Shown piece after piece: positions 1 to 11,667 of a stretch of DNA of 64,000 bases (position 1 is its first letter; each line of letters opens with the position of its first letter). The stretch spans positions 23,795,575-23,859,574 of the forward strand of contig NC_083425.1 in NCBI RefSeq assembly GCF_020745735.1. The letters run 5' to 3'. A program made the position numbers and the translations under genes. The notes below the pieces were generated by a model. That model did not search any database, had not been told where the DNA came from, and saw nothing but the letters and a program-made list of their open reading frames with translations. The DNA is from Hemiscyllium ocellatum. Its lineage: Eukaryota.

Positions 1-159
1 GGGGAAACTAAGATTGAATAGCTAAATAGATATGTGTATGGTGGCAATTAAACAATGGGAAACAATTCGAAATTTTCAGCAAAAATGCATCCCTGAAAAA
101 GAAAAGCTCAGCAAGGATGATGCACCCCTGGCTCAAGACTCATCCAGTTCACTCAAGAA

Positions 160-1155
160 GTTTAATTTAGATAAATGTGAAGTGCTGCATTTTTGGTAGG
201 CAAATCAGGGCAGGACTTACACAATTAATGGTAAGGTCCTGGGGAGTGTTGCTGAACAAAGAGACCTTGGAGTGCAGGTTCATAGTTCCTTAAAAGTGGA
301 GGCTCAGGTTTATAGGATAGTGAAGGAGGCATTTAGTAGGCTGTTTCTTTATTGGTCTGAGCATTGAGTACAAGAATTGGGATGTCATGTTGGGGCTGTA
401 CAGGACATTGGGTAGGCAACTTTTGGAATGTGTTGTGTGCAATTCTGGTCTACCTCCTATAGGAAGGATGTTTAGATTAGACTTACAGTGTGGAAACAGG
501 CCCTTCGGCCCAACAAGTCCACACCGACCCGCCGAAGCGCAACCCACCCATACCCTTACCTAACACTACGGGCAATTTAGCATGGCCAATTCACCTGACC
601 CGCACATCTTTGTGACTGTGGGAGGAAACCGGAGCACCCGGAGGAAACCCACGCAGACACGGGGAGAAAGTGCAGATGTTGTGAAACTTGAATGGGTTCA
701 GAAAAGATTTACAAGGATGTTACCATGGTTAGAGGGCTTGAACTATAAGGAGAGGCTGAATAGGCTGGGGTTGTTTTCCCTGGAGCGTCGGAGGCTGAGG
801 GGTGACCTTATGGAGGTTTATAAATCATGAAGGGATAGGGTAAAAAGTCAAGGTCTTTTTCCTGATTGGGGGAGTCCAGAACTAAGAGGGCATAGGTTTA
901 GGGTGAGAGGGGAAAGATTTTAAAAGGAACTAAGGGGCAACATTTTCACGCAAAGGAATGAGCTGCCAGAGAAAGTGGAGGAGGCTGGTGCAATTGCAAC
1001 ATTTAAAAGGCATCTGGATGGGTACATGAATAGGAAAGGTTGAGAGGGATGTGGGCCAAGTGCTGGCAATTGGGGCCAGATTAACAGGATACTGGTCAGC
1101 GTGGATGAGTTGGACCAAAAGGACTGTTTCCATGTTGTATATCTCTATGACTCCA
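160..1155 (+). mobile_element. HER1/CR1 LINE 3' fragment, decayed
   Basis: Translates to VQKRFTRMLP...ERLNRLGLFSLERRRLRGDL and ends in the HER1-type tail (ctctatgact). Confidence 0.9.
473..674 (-). mobile_element. 5'-truncated HE1-like SINE inserted in the CR1
   Basis: SINE core flanked by a GATGTT duplication (467-472 and 675-680). The CR1 sequence resumes after it. Confidence 0.88.
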
Positions 1156-1199
1156 GCTTATGCATAGCTTTAGATCAAAAGAGGCTTATAATGTTGCAA

Positions 1200-3225
1200 A
1201 AAACTGTACAGTACAGAACAATTCTGAGGTTTGGAGTGTTTTAGAAACCAGAAAAGTGTCACCCAAAGTATGATAAAGGCCTTCATACCCTTGCTATTTT
1301 TCTCTTTAAAGTATTTAAAAAGCAATTAAAATAAATATTGTTCCCTGAAACAAGTTGAATACCAGAATGAGGGCATCTTAAGAGAAAAAAATAATGAGAA
1401 AATTAATGATTATTATCAGCAGGAAAAATACTGGAGGGACTAAAATCTAATAAATCTCTGCGAACAGATACTCTACCCAATAGAACTGTTTTTAATAAAA
1501 AGATTATGCAGCAGAGCTGGTATATGCGTTATTATAACTTTCCAACATTCTTCAGATTTAGGATAGTCCAATCAGATTGGAAGTTGGTTGTTCTAAAGCT
1601 GTATTTTCAAAAACAAGAAAAGTGAACTACAGGCCAATTAGCTAAATATTGGTATTTGGGAAAATGCTGGAATGTAATCTGCCCGAAACGTCAACTCTCC
1701 TGCTCCTCGGATGCTACCTGACCTCCTGTGCTTTTCCAGCACCACACTCTTGATTCTGATCTCCAGCATCTGCAGTCCTCACTTTCTCCCACTTGGAAAA
1801 GTATAGCATGATTAGAAGTTTTGTTTGACAAATTTATGAGATCCTTGTGGATAAAGGAGAATAAAATGTATTTAGATTAGATTACTTACAGTTTGGAAAC
1901 AGGCCCTTCGGTCCAACAAGTCCACACTGACCCACATAAGTGCAACCACCCATACCCGTAACACTACGGGCAATTTAGCATGGCCAATTCACCTGACCTG
2001 CACATCTTTGGACTGTGGGAGGAAACCGGAGCACCCGGAGGAAATCCACCTAGACACAGGGAGAATGTGCAAACTCCACACAGTCGCCTGAGGCGGGAAT
2101 TGAACCCGGGTCTCTGGCGCTGTAAGGCAGCAGTGCTAACCACCATGCCGCCCACAGTTTGGTAAGTTTCCACACAAGTTTAATAAAAGGCTTGTATTTG
2201 GGGGATGATACATCAATACAGAAGATTAGTTAATCGTGAAAGTCAATTGGCATACTCACGGTATTTTTAAGTCAACAGGCTGAGACTAGTGGTGTGTCGT
2301 AGGGATCGGTGTTGGGGCGTCAGCTATTTAAATATAAAAGACAGATAAAGAGACAGAATAATGTATCTTCAGTTTGCTGATGATCCAAAGCTAAGCGAAA
2401 AGGTCAGCTATGGGACAGAGTCTGTCAAGGGAGGTAACCACATTAATTGAATGGGCAATAAAATGGTAGAAGGAATATAATATAGAAAAATGCAAAACTT
2501 ATTCATTTTAGTTGTAAAACTACAATTCAGTACTTTTTGAAAGCTGTGTAACTTTGAAGTGTTGCTGTCAAAAATATTTGGATGTTCTCATGCAAGGAAC
2601 ATAGCAAGTTAGCATGGAGGTGCAAGAAGCATTTAGGAAAATATATGACATGTCTTTATTGCAAACTTTGGAATACAAGAATAAAAACAAATCTTGCTAC
2701 ACTTATACATAGTACCAACACTATGTCCAGTTTGACTCCATATTTAAGGAAGGGTATGTGTACATTACAAAATGTGGTAGTACAAAAAAGCTTGCTAAGT
2801 TGGTTCCTAGGTTGAAGGATTTGTCCTGATTAGAAGCTCACTAAATTAAGCCTGTGTTTTCTGGAGTTCTCTGAAAGATTAGGAAAACTACCAATGGGGT
2901 AAATGCTGAGATTATTTTCGCTGGTCATAGAATCTACATGATGGGGAAAGTCTCAGGATAAGGAAGCGATCACACAGGACTGAACGGAGGAGAAATTACT
3001 TGACTCAACATGTTAAGTGTGATTGGAATTTCCAACAAGAGGTTTGTGAGTGCTTCGTCGTTCAAAACGTTTAAGGCTGGGATGGCCAGACCTTTGGTGT
3101 CTTAGTACCAAGTGATGTTTGGAGAGAGTGGGAGAGTGAAGTTGAAGCCCAAGGTCAGCCATGATCATATTGAATGGTAGAGTATGGACAGAGCATGTGG
3201 TATAATCTTACTCCTATTTGTTATG
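1200..3225 (+). mobile_element. Old, strongly decayed CR1-type LINE, interrupted by a Penelope terminus (about 1679-1790) and a SINE
   Basis: Remnants of NYRPISL, SGVPQGSVLG and FADDTK coding segments, plus a CR1 3' tail. Confidence 0.7.
1872..2156 (-). mobile_element. HE1-like tRNA-derived SINE
   Basis: A box, B box (GGTTCAATTCCC) and a LINE-derived tail on the minus strand. Confidence 0.9.
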
Positions 3226-4438
3226 TGAATTAAATTGTTTATTTTGACAGAATTCTGATATCCATACTCTAAACATACCAAGACTCATTTACTCATGTGC
3301 TGGGGGTTTGCTAATATTAAAATAGGAATGGAAACAGACAGTGCTGCTTTGGTAGAAATAGTTGATTTGGATGCTACGAAGTGGAGTTTGAGGTGAAGGG
3401 AGAGATGGATGTTGGCCTGTCGGAAGGTTTGGTGGCAGAAGTGTCATGGTACAGGAGGCCATTGGCCCACTGTCTGCACTTGCTCTCTGAGCACTGATTT
3501 AGTGACTTATCAGAAGGATTCTCTCATTTGAGAGAGACTAGTGCTGGTTTAACCTGAAAGGCATCCTGCCTCAGGTGAGATTGAGAGCCTAGGGTGGGAA
3601 ATGAACCCATGCTGTTGGTATCATGCTGCGTCGCAAACCAGCTGTCGAGCCAAATGAACTAACCAATGCCCAACACATTGGTACAAAGAAAGTGGAGACA
3701 GTCTATCACCTCACGCTTCTTTGCATTGAACTCCATCAGCCACCTATCCATTCCACTCTAACTTTATCACTTTTTCAACATAAAATTTACAGTTCCATGT
3801 TTCCAGTGGATTTGCAGGGAAATACTGTAACAATGATCAGAATCTTCTTTGAGATATTGAGGCAACCAGTAACTATGAAAGCCAGCCCCTATCTACTACT
3901 CACAGCAAAGGATAGGACATCGACTTTTTGGAGTCATTTAGAATCAAAGGTAGCATACTGTTATAACATGGGGTACAACCCTCTGCTAATTTAAACCAGA
4001 CACAGAGAAACTCGCCTTGTGTCACAATCTGTTAAATTTTGAGAGTCAAAGGACTAACCCAGAGATCACTATTAAAAGAATAAAATTGCTTTTTACTTTA
4101 AAGTCCAACAGAGAATATTAAAACAACTACTATTTACAACTCTTAAACGTATCTTTTATCTCCTACTTTATAAGACTGGCCCGATAAATTCCCTCTTAAA
4201 TTTATGACAAAATCAATTTCAAACTGAAGTATGGTCTTCAGATGTCGAATTTTCTCTCTAGATTCCTCTAGGTCGATTTATAGACAGGTACCTTTCAGAG
4301 AGTTATTTGGCTAGCAGTCTGTTTGTCAGTACTCATTGCTATTCTCCCCCTAACTGCTCAAAATGTCCGGTGTTATACATCAATAATTGATGTAACCAAT
4401 CCAAGGAAACCTAAGTGTATAAATAAAAAGCAGGCCAT

Positions 4439-4613
4439 TCCCGGTGGTGGAAATTGAATAAAGATTTGTGCACCTTGTGTGTCTCACAACTACACACACA
4501 CACCATGGGTGCTGGGGAAAAAATAAGCACTACAAAAAGAAAAAAATATATAAACAGGAGAATTGCCCTTTTGATGTGAGGGGCATTGCCACTCAGGTGT
4601 TTTCCTGAAAAAA
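4439..4613 (+). mobile_element. Unclassified 175-bp A-tailed insertion with an 18-bp target-site duplication
   Basis: AAATAAAAAGCAGGCCAT at 4421-4438 and 4614-4631. The insert ends in an A run. Confidence 0.75.
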
Positions 4614-4922
4614 AAATAAAAAGCAGGCCATACCACCAGTGCTTCATCCGGAGGCTCAGTGATGATGTTACCTAGTATGGCGACAAAACGTCTGAAACCG
4701 AAACCTTCCAGCTCAGCGAGCAAATCTGCATCCAGTTTACTAATCTATCCCACTCCTCAAGGACTTGTTCATTTTTTTAACATATTTTGAGGCATGTCAA
4801 AATCCACATCCTCTGAATTTGATTCCTAACTCTCCAGGGGAGTAGCTACCATCTGTTTCTCCAGTTCTTTCTCTCTAGTATAATATGGTTTCAACATGTT
4901 CATATGACATACCCGATACTAT

Positions 4923-6520
4923 CGTCCACAAGCCTGACCACCCTGGCCAACCCATTGTCTCAGCCTGCTCTTGCCCCACTGAACTCATCTCCACCTACCT
5001 TGACACTGTCCTATCCCCCCGGTCTAGGAACTCCCCACATACGTTCGAGACACCACCCACGCCCTCCACCTCCTCCAAGACTTCAGTTTCCCTGGCACCC
5101 AATGCCTCATCTTCACCATGGATATCCAATCCCTCTACACCTCCATTCGCCATGACCAGGGTCTCCAAGCCCTTCACTTCTTCCTCTCCCAACATCCCCT
5201 TCCACTGACACTCTCATTCGTTCGACTGAACGTGTCCTCACCCTTAACAACTTTTTCTTCGAATCCTCCCACTTCCTGCAGACTAAGGGGGTAGCCATGG
5301 GTACCCGTATGAGGCCCAGCTATGCCTGTCTCTTTGTTGGCTACGTGGAGCAGTCCACCTTCCGTAGTTACACCGGCACCACTTCCCACCTCTTCCTCCG
5401 CTACATTGATGACTGCATTGGTGCCACCTCGTGCTCCCTCGAGGAGGTTGAGCAATTCATCAACTTCACCAACACATTCCACCCCGACCTTAAATTCACC
5501 TGGACCATCTCTGCCACCTCCCTCCCCTTCCTGGACATCTCCATTATTGACAATCGACTTGCCACTGACATTTTTTACAAACCTACCGGCTCCCACAGCT
5601 ACCTGGATTATACCTCTTCCCACCTTACCTCCTGCAAAAATGCCATCCTGTATTCCCAATTCCTCCGCCTCTGCCGTATCTGCTCCTAGAAGGACCAGTT
5701 CCACCACAGAACACACCAGTTGGCCTCCTTCAGAGGCCACAATTACCCTTCCCACGTGGTTAAAGATGCCCTCCAACACATCTCATCACATCTCGAACCT
5801 CCGCCCTCAGACCCCACCCCTCCGACCATAACAAGGACAGATCCCCCCCTGGTGCTCACCTTCCACCTTACCAACCTTCGCATAAACCACATCATCCGAT
5901 GACATTTCTGCCACCTCCAAACGGACCCCACCACCAGGGATATATTGCCCTCCCCACCCATTTCTGCTTTCCGCAAAGACCGTTTCCTCTGTGACTACCT
6001 AGTCAGGTCCACGACCCCCAACAACCCACCCACCCTCCCTCCCTGGCACCCTCCCCTGCCACCACAGAAATTGCAAAACCTGCACCCACACCTCCTCCCT
6101 CACCTCCATCCAAGGCCCCAAAAGGAGCCTGCTACATCCATCAAAGTTTCACCTACACATCCACCAATATCATTTATTGTATCCATTGCTCCCAATGCGG
6201 TCCCCTCTACATTGGGGAGACTGGACGCCTCCTCGCAGAGTGCTTTAGGGAACATCTCTGGGGGACACCCACACCAATCAACCCCACCACCCTGTGCCCC
6301 AACATTTCAGCTCCCCCTCCCACTCTGCCGAGGACATTGAGGTCACATCAACCCCATGGCATCAATGTGGATTTCACCAGTTTCCTCATTTCCCCTTCCC
6401 CCACCTCCAGCCTTCCAACTCAGCACTGCCCTCATAACCTGTCCTACCTGCCTATCTTCCTTTCCACCTATCCACTCCACTCTCCTCTCTGACCTATCAC
6501 CTTCATTCCCACCTCCATTC
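4923..6520 (+). mobile_element. Penelope-like retroelement (RT plus GIY-YIG endonuclease), frameshifted
   Basis: GVAMGT...YACLFVG, FLRYIDD, FHPDLKFT, LPFLD and FYKPT motifs. GIY-YIG segment IIYCIHCSQCGPLYIGETGR near 6170-6230. Confidence 0.92.
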
Positions 6521-9500
6521 AGAGAGGCCAGGGTGGGAAGTGAACCCATGCTATTGGTGTCACGCTGTGTCACAAACCAGCTGTCTAGCCAAATGAACTA
6601 ACCAATGACCAACACGTTGGTACAAAGAAAGTGGACACAGTCTATTCACCCATTGTACTCTTTGCTACCCTCCCCCACCCTCGCCTATCATTGGTAATAT
6701 TACTAACACATGATCCCCTTGGGAAAATGTCAGAATCTCAGAGCTTTTATCTGCCACCTTCTTCATTCTATACCGTGCCATCTTTTGGTGCTGTTTAGCT
6801 AACTCACATCCTCTATTTAATCTCTCCCTCACCACCGATACATAATCTAAGTGTGAGGTCTCCAACTTTGGTCCTGTCAATTTGTGTTTAATTAATTTCA
6901 AAGGGCCTCTCACTTCATGTCTAAGTATTAACTCAAAGGGAGTAAACTGTGTAGATTTGTTTGACACATCTCTAATGGCAAACAATACGAACAGGATACC
7001 TTTATTCTATTCATTCGAGTAATCCTAACAGTATGGTCTTCAGGGTCTGATGCCACCTTTCTGAAGTTCTCTGGGATTCAGGATTTAAAATGCTATATAC
7101 CTAAGCTTGTCAATGTCCTCCTTGAAAGGCCTAGCAGTAAAATTAGACCCTTGGTCCGACTGAATCTCTCTGGGTAGCTGATACCACGTGAAAAAAGCTA
7201 CTAACTCCTCTGCCAACCTTTTTGCATTGATACTCCGTAATGGAATTGCCTCCAGAAAATCTGGTGGACACGTCCATTATGGCTAACAACTAGTGGTTCC
7301 CACTTTTAGTTCTTGGGAGGGAACCTACACAATCAATGAAAGGTTCTTTGAATGCGGGAATTGGCAACAAAGGTGCTGATTTTATTACTGCTTGTGGCTT
7401 ACCTACCATTTGGCATGTATGACACGTATGGCAAAAGTTAACCACATCCTTGTGCACCCCAGGTCAATAAAAATGTTTTTGTACCTTAGCCTGAGTCTTT
7501 CTTACCTGCAGGTGACCTCTGACAGGTAGTTCATGTGCTAATCATAACACTTTCTGTCTGTATCCTCCCAGCAACACAATCTGGTGTATTTCAGCTCACT
7601 TCTCCTCTGCACTAATCTGCCGTGGTCTCCATTTTCAACTTAGGATTCTATCTTTCAGATTATAACCCTCAAGAATATCCTCTGCCTGTTTTTCCAGAGT
7701 ACGCATCCACATATTTATCATCTTGTCTTGATTTTGCAAGTACATTAGCCTTTCAGGATGAAACACTTCTGTCTGACCTTCTGCCTGTTCAGGTTTTTCC
7801 TGCATCATCACATCAAATAGGATATCTACTAACTGAACCTCAACTCCTTCATCTTTCTCTTTAGTTTTTGCTTCGTGCTGTGACTTATGTTAGTGGGATC
7901 GTGTTACTACACAGTCTGGGAAAATAACGGGATATTTCTGTTTTAACTCCTCAGTTTCTTGATCTTGCTTGGCCTTCCCCACAAGAGGTGTCACTCCCAC
8001 CTTGGACCCTGCTAAATCATTCCCAAAAACAAACTGAATTCCTGGAACTGACTCTGTCAATCACTGCCCAGTCTTGAGTTGGCACTCCAACCTGATCTTA
8101 CATAGAGGAATGCTAAATTTCTGTCCAACTATCCCACAAATTACCACACTCGCAGGTAACAGATCAGAAGGAGTACAAATTTGCTCATCCCTAACTATCA
8201 GTGACTGGTTACATCCTGTATCTCTCAAAATTATAACCTTGTCCTTCTCCCCCTGTTCTTTCAGAGTAAACTTTACCCACAGAGGCAAATTCTTTGTAGA
8301 AATCAGGTGCAAACTCCATCCCCAGCCCCTGCCTAGGCTGTGCACTCTCCTGCAGTTACTTTACCACTTGGGGTTTCCTTTACTACTTTCATTAATGCCA
8401 GTGGCTTAGCTTCTGTTACCACATCTTTTCCCTCAATGTTTTTCTTGAATGACCAGCATTGTGACTTTACATGTTCCACTTTACCACAGTGGAAACACCT
8501 GAGGCCTTTCACCGCCTTTCCACCCTCTTGGGCTTCTTTTTTATCCTGTGGTAAACACTTACCAGTGCTCCCTCCCCTTCTCCCAACTTATATCCCTCAC
8601 AGGACTAAATTCTGGCCAGAAGCTTGTCTTCTGCATCAACATGTATTCATCTGTTAATTCTGTTGCCCTTCTCATTTCCTGAACTTTCTGTTCATCTGTG
8701 TGAATTCTTACCATCTTTGGAGTTTTAAAGCTCCTCCAGCAGAATAACTTCTCTTAGAGCCTCATAAGTCTTCTCTACCTTCTAATGTCTGCATCCATCT
8801 ATCAAAATGACTATGTTTAATTCTTTCAAACTTAGCATTAGTCTGACCTGTTCCTTCTTTATATTTCTGAATCACTGTCTATACGCTTCTGGTACCAATT
8901 TACAAGCAATTAAAATAGGCTGCTTGACCTCCTCAATCTCTTGACCTCTCCCCTGAAAGTGCAGGAAATACCTCACTAGCTCTGCCTACCACTTTAGTCT
9001 GAACTAGCATTACCCATAAATCCTCAGACCACCCCATCTGCAGAGCCACTTTTTCAAATGAAATAAAGGCGGCTTCAAAATCTTTCTGATCAAAATGTGG
9101 CTAAGTTTTGACAAATTTGTTTATATCACAAATTTCTCTTTTAATCTCCATCCTGTTAACTTGACTTTGTTGACTAAGTCACAACTTCTCAAGTTCAAAT
9201 TCTCTTTTTTTGCTCAGCTAAGAAGTCTCATTCTTTTCCTCTCTTTCTCTTCCCTTTATCTTCTAACTCCATTTTTCTCAATTGTAGTTTTTCTAACTCT
9301 GCTGCACTTGCCTGTTTGTCTGACACACCCAAGTGTTTGAGTAATTTCCGTATAATTACAGCTATACTTTTGTCCTTCTATAAACCCAATTCTCACCTCT
9401 TCATTAATTCTGACAGTATGGCCCTTTTTCTTTCTAAATTTTCCAGGCAAATTTGGGAATCATCTTCAAACCCCAGAACCTCTTCAGCAATTTTAAAAAC

Positions 9501-10639
9501 CATTTCTTTCACTTTTAATTTAACCAACCACAAGTAACTGAAATTAAACAAATTGTCTCACCTACATTTTATTTAAAGATCTCAGACACTAAATGACAAG
9601 TGCTTGTATCTACTGGGCTTTTTTGTACCCCAAATCTATTGAAATTTGTCCAAATCCCAGACTCGCTCTGCCTACACATGTTCAAATCACGGCTGGGAGC
9701 CTCCAAAATTGTTACAACATGGATTACAACCCCTCTGCTAATTTAAACCGGACACCCAGAGAAGCTCACCTTTTGCCACAATCTGTTAAATTTTGAGAGG
9801 CAGAGGACTAGCCCAGAGGTCACTACTTAACAAAATTAAAATCATTAATTTTTACTTTAAGTCCAACAGAGAACATCAAAACAACAGCTATATACAACTT
9901 CTTTCTCTTAAACATATCTTTTACCTCCCACTCTAGAATACTGGTCTGATGAAATCCCTTCTTAAATTTATAGCAAAATCAGTTTCAAACTGAGTCTTTG
10001 GATGTCGAACATTCTCTGTAGATTCCTCTTGGGGTTCTGCTGCACAAATTTATTATAGACCTTTCAGAGAGTGATTCGGCTAGCAGTCTGTTTGCTGCTA
10101 GCAATGTTCTCCCCCTAACTGTAAAATGTCCAGTTCTATACCCCAAAACATTGGATTATTTCATTGGTTTGATGTCATCCCAAACAGTAAAATTCAAAAT
10201 CAATTGGATTTGGTGTCTTGGGCATAATTTAAACTGAGGCCAAATTTGAATTTGTTTTTGTACACGGCAACACATCATCAGATATTTGTGTCAACCAAAT
10301 GTTACATTTTCAAATCTTCTGTGCGACTAAGTCCATGCCAGCTACCAGCCTCTCTCAAAGATACAATTCACACCTACACCTTCATAACAATACATATCTC
10401 TAGCCACATCTAAAATGTTGTTTAATCTCAAGTTACTGCACCTGCAAAAATTTATTTTCCAATATGTCTACATTGTCTCTTTGCAACTTGGTGTTGGTTT
10501 TCCAGTTAACTATGAAAACCGCATCCACATAAATCACATCTGTATGCTTTGTTACCCCTGAAAAGAAAACACTCGTCAGCTTGACCATATTGAAACTTGC
10601 ATCCAGAAATAACAAAGCATCAGCATATTATATTTGTTA

Positions 10640-11030
10640 GCCATGGGAAATGCAGGATTTCACGGATAGGGTAAGGGGTTGGGCCTGGATGAGATGCTAT
10701 TTGGAAGGTCAGTGAAGACTACATTTCTGTGCACAATGTGAGGCAGCACTTCTGCCTCACAGCACTAGGAATCCAGGTTCAGTTCTATCCTTGGGTGGAA
10801 TTCAAATTTGCACATTCCTGCATGGGTTTCCTCTGCTGTCCAAAGATGTGCAGATTAGGTGGATTGGCTATGATATGCTGTGGTGTCAAGGGATGTGCAG
10901 GTTATGAGTGGCAGCCATGGGAAATGCAGGGTTGTAGGGATAGGGTAGGCGGATGGACCTGGGTGGGATGCTCATCAGAGGTTTGGTGCAGACATGTTGT
11001 GCTGAATGTTTTTTTTCACTATAGGGATTC
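10640..11030 (+). mobile_element. Decayed HE1-related SINE copies
   Basis: gcacttctgcctcacagc...ggttcagttc head, ccaaagatgtgcag core and a LINE-like tail. Confidence 0.75.
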
Positions 11031-11661
11031 TATATACAGGGTGATTCCATGCCCGAATCCATGGAATTGTTTACTGTGGCCCAAATATAGGGAACGTTCC
11101 AGAACCAGGGGCTGCCGGGAAGGTAAATTTCCCATTTAAATACATGGATTCACTCCTATCCATGGTTTTGGGCTTCCACAGTAGATTTAGGAATGTGTCT
11201 CCCATGGGTACAAGGGTCTCCTGTATACAAACTTTTGTTCACTATGCCAGTGATTCAAGTGTATAAATAACTTCCTTGCTATCATTTATAAATGATTTTC
11301 TTTCACCTTCCTGCTGCAAGCAAACCCCCTTCTCAATCACTCTTTTATGCCACATTAGGAACTCAGGTGCTTTCTTCCACAACACATTGTCACATAATCT
11401 GTATTTAGAGAGAGCTAACTTCAATATTAAGGAAGCATGTTAATACTCTTTGCATCAGCATTTGGTTAACAATTGTTTAAATTATATTCAAGGATTGTAG
11501 AGTATCAGAATCACTAACTGGGAAGAATAACATTTTCATAGTGTGGTGAACCAAGGCAACTCAAAACAAAGCATGTTGAAAATATGCAGCATTACAAAAT
11601 TAACAATGCTTTCAATAACTCTGAAATTAAAGACAGAGTCAGAAATTTAGGTAAAATAAAT

Positions 11662-11667
11662 TTTATT
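11662..11667 (-). terminator. Candidate FAM104A polyadenylation signal (about 2.8 kb 3' UTR)
   Basis: AATAAA on the minus strand at the end of a long, repeat-poor, AT-rich stretch after the stop codon, followed by T/GT-rich sequence. A second candidate is at 12717-12722. Confidence 0.5.

Larger units (their letters stand above)
3959..10389 (-). mobile_element. Decayed Gmr1-like Ty3/gypsy LTR retrotransposon, copy 1
   Basis: LTRs at 9710-10389 (TGTTA...TAACA) and 3959 to about 4390 (partial). ATAC target-site duplication at 3955-3958 and 10390-10393. Gag with a CCHC knuckle, protease ILRDTG (about 8220), then integrase (HHCC, SDQGSNF, FTPFELILRHEVRGPL). RT and RNase H are missing. Confidence 0.9.

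Noticed and set aside
4885-6601. Cluster of overlapping Pro/Ser-rich ORFs
   Set aside because: Alternative frames of the C-rich, frameshifted Penelope element.
1-11650. COG1, the human neighbour of the FAM104A 3' end
   Set aside because: No COG1-like exon recognised. The region is almost all repeats, and the gene may lie outside the window.
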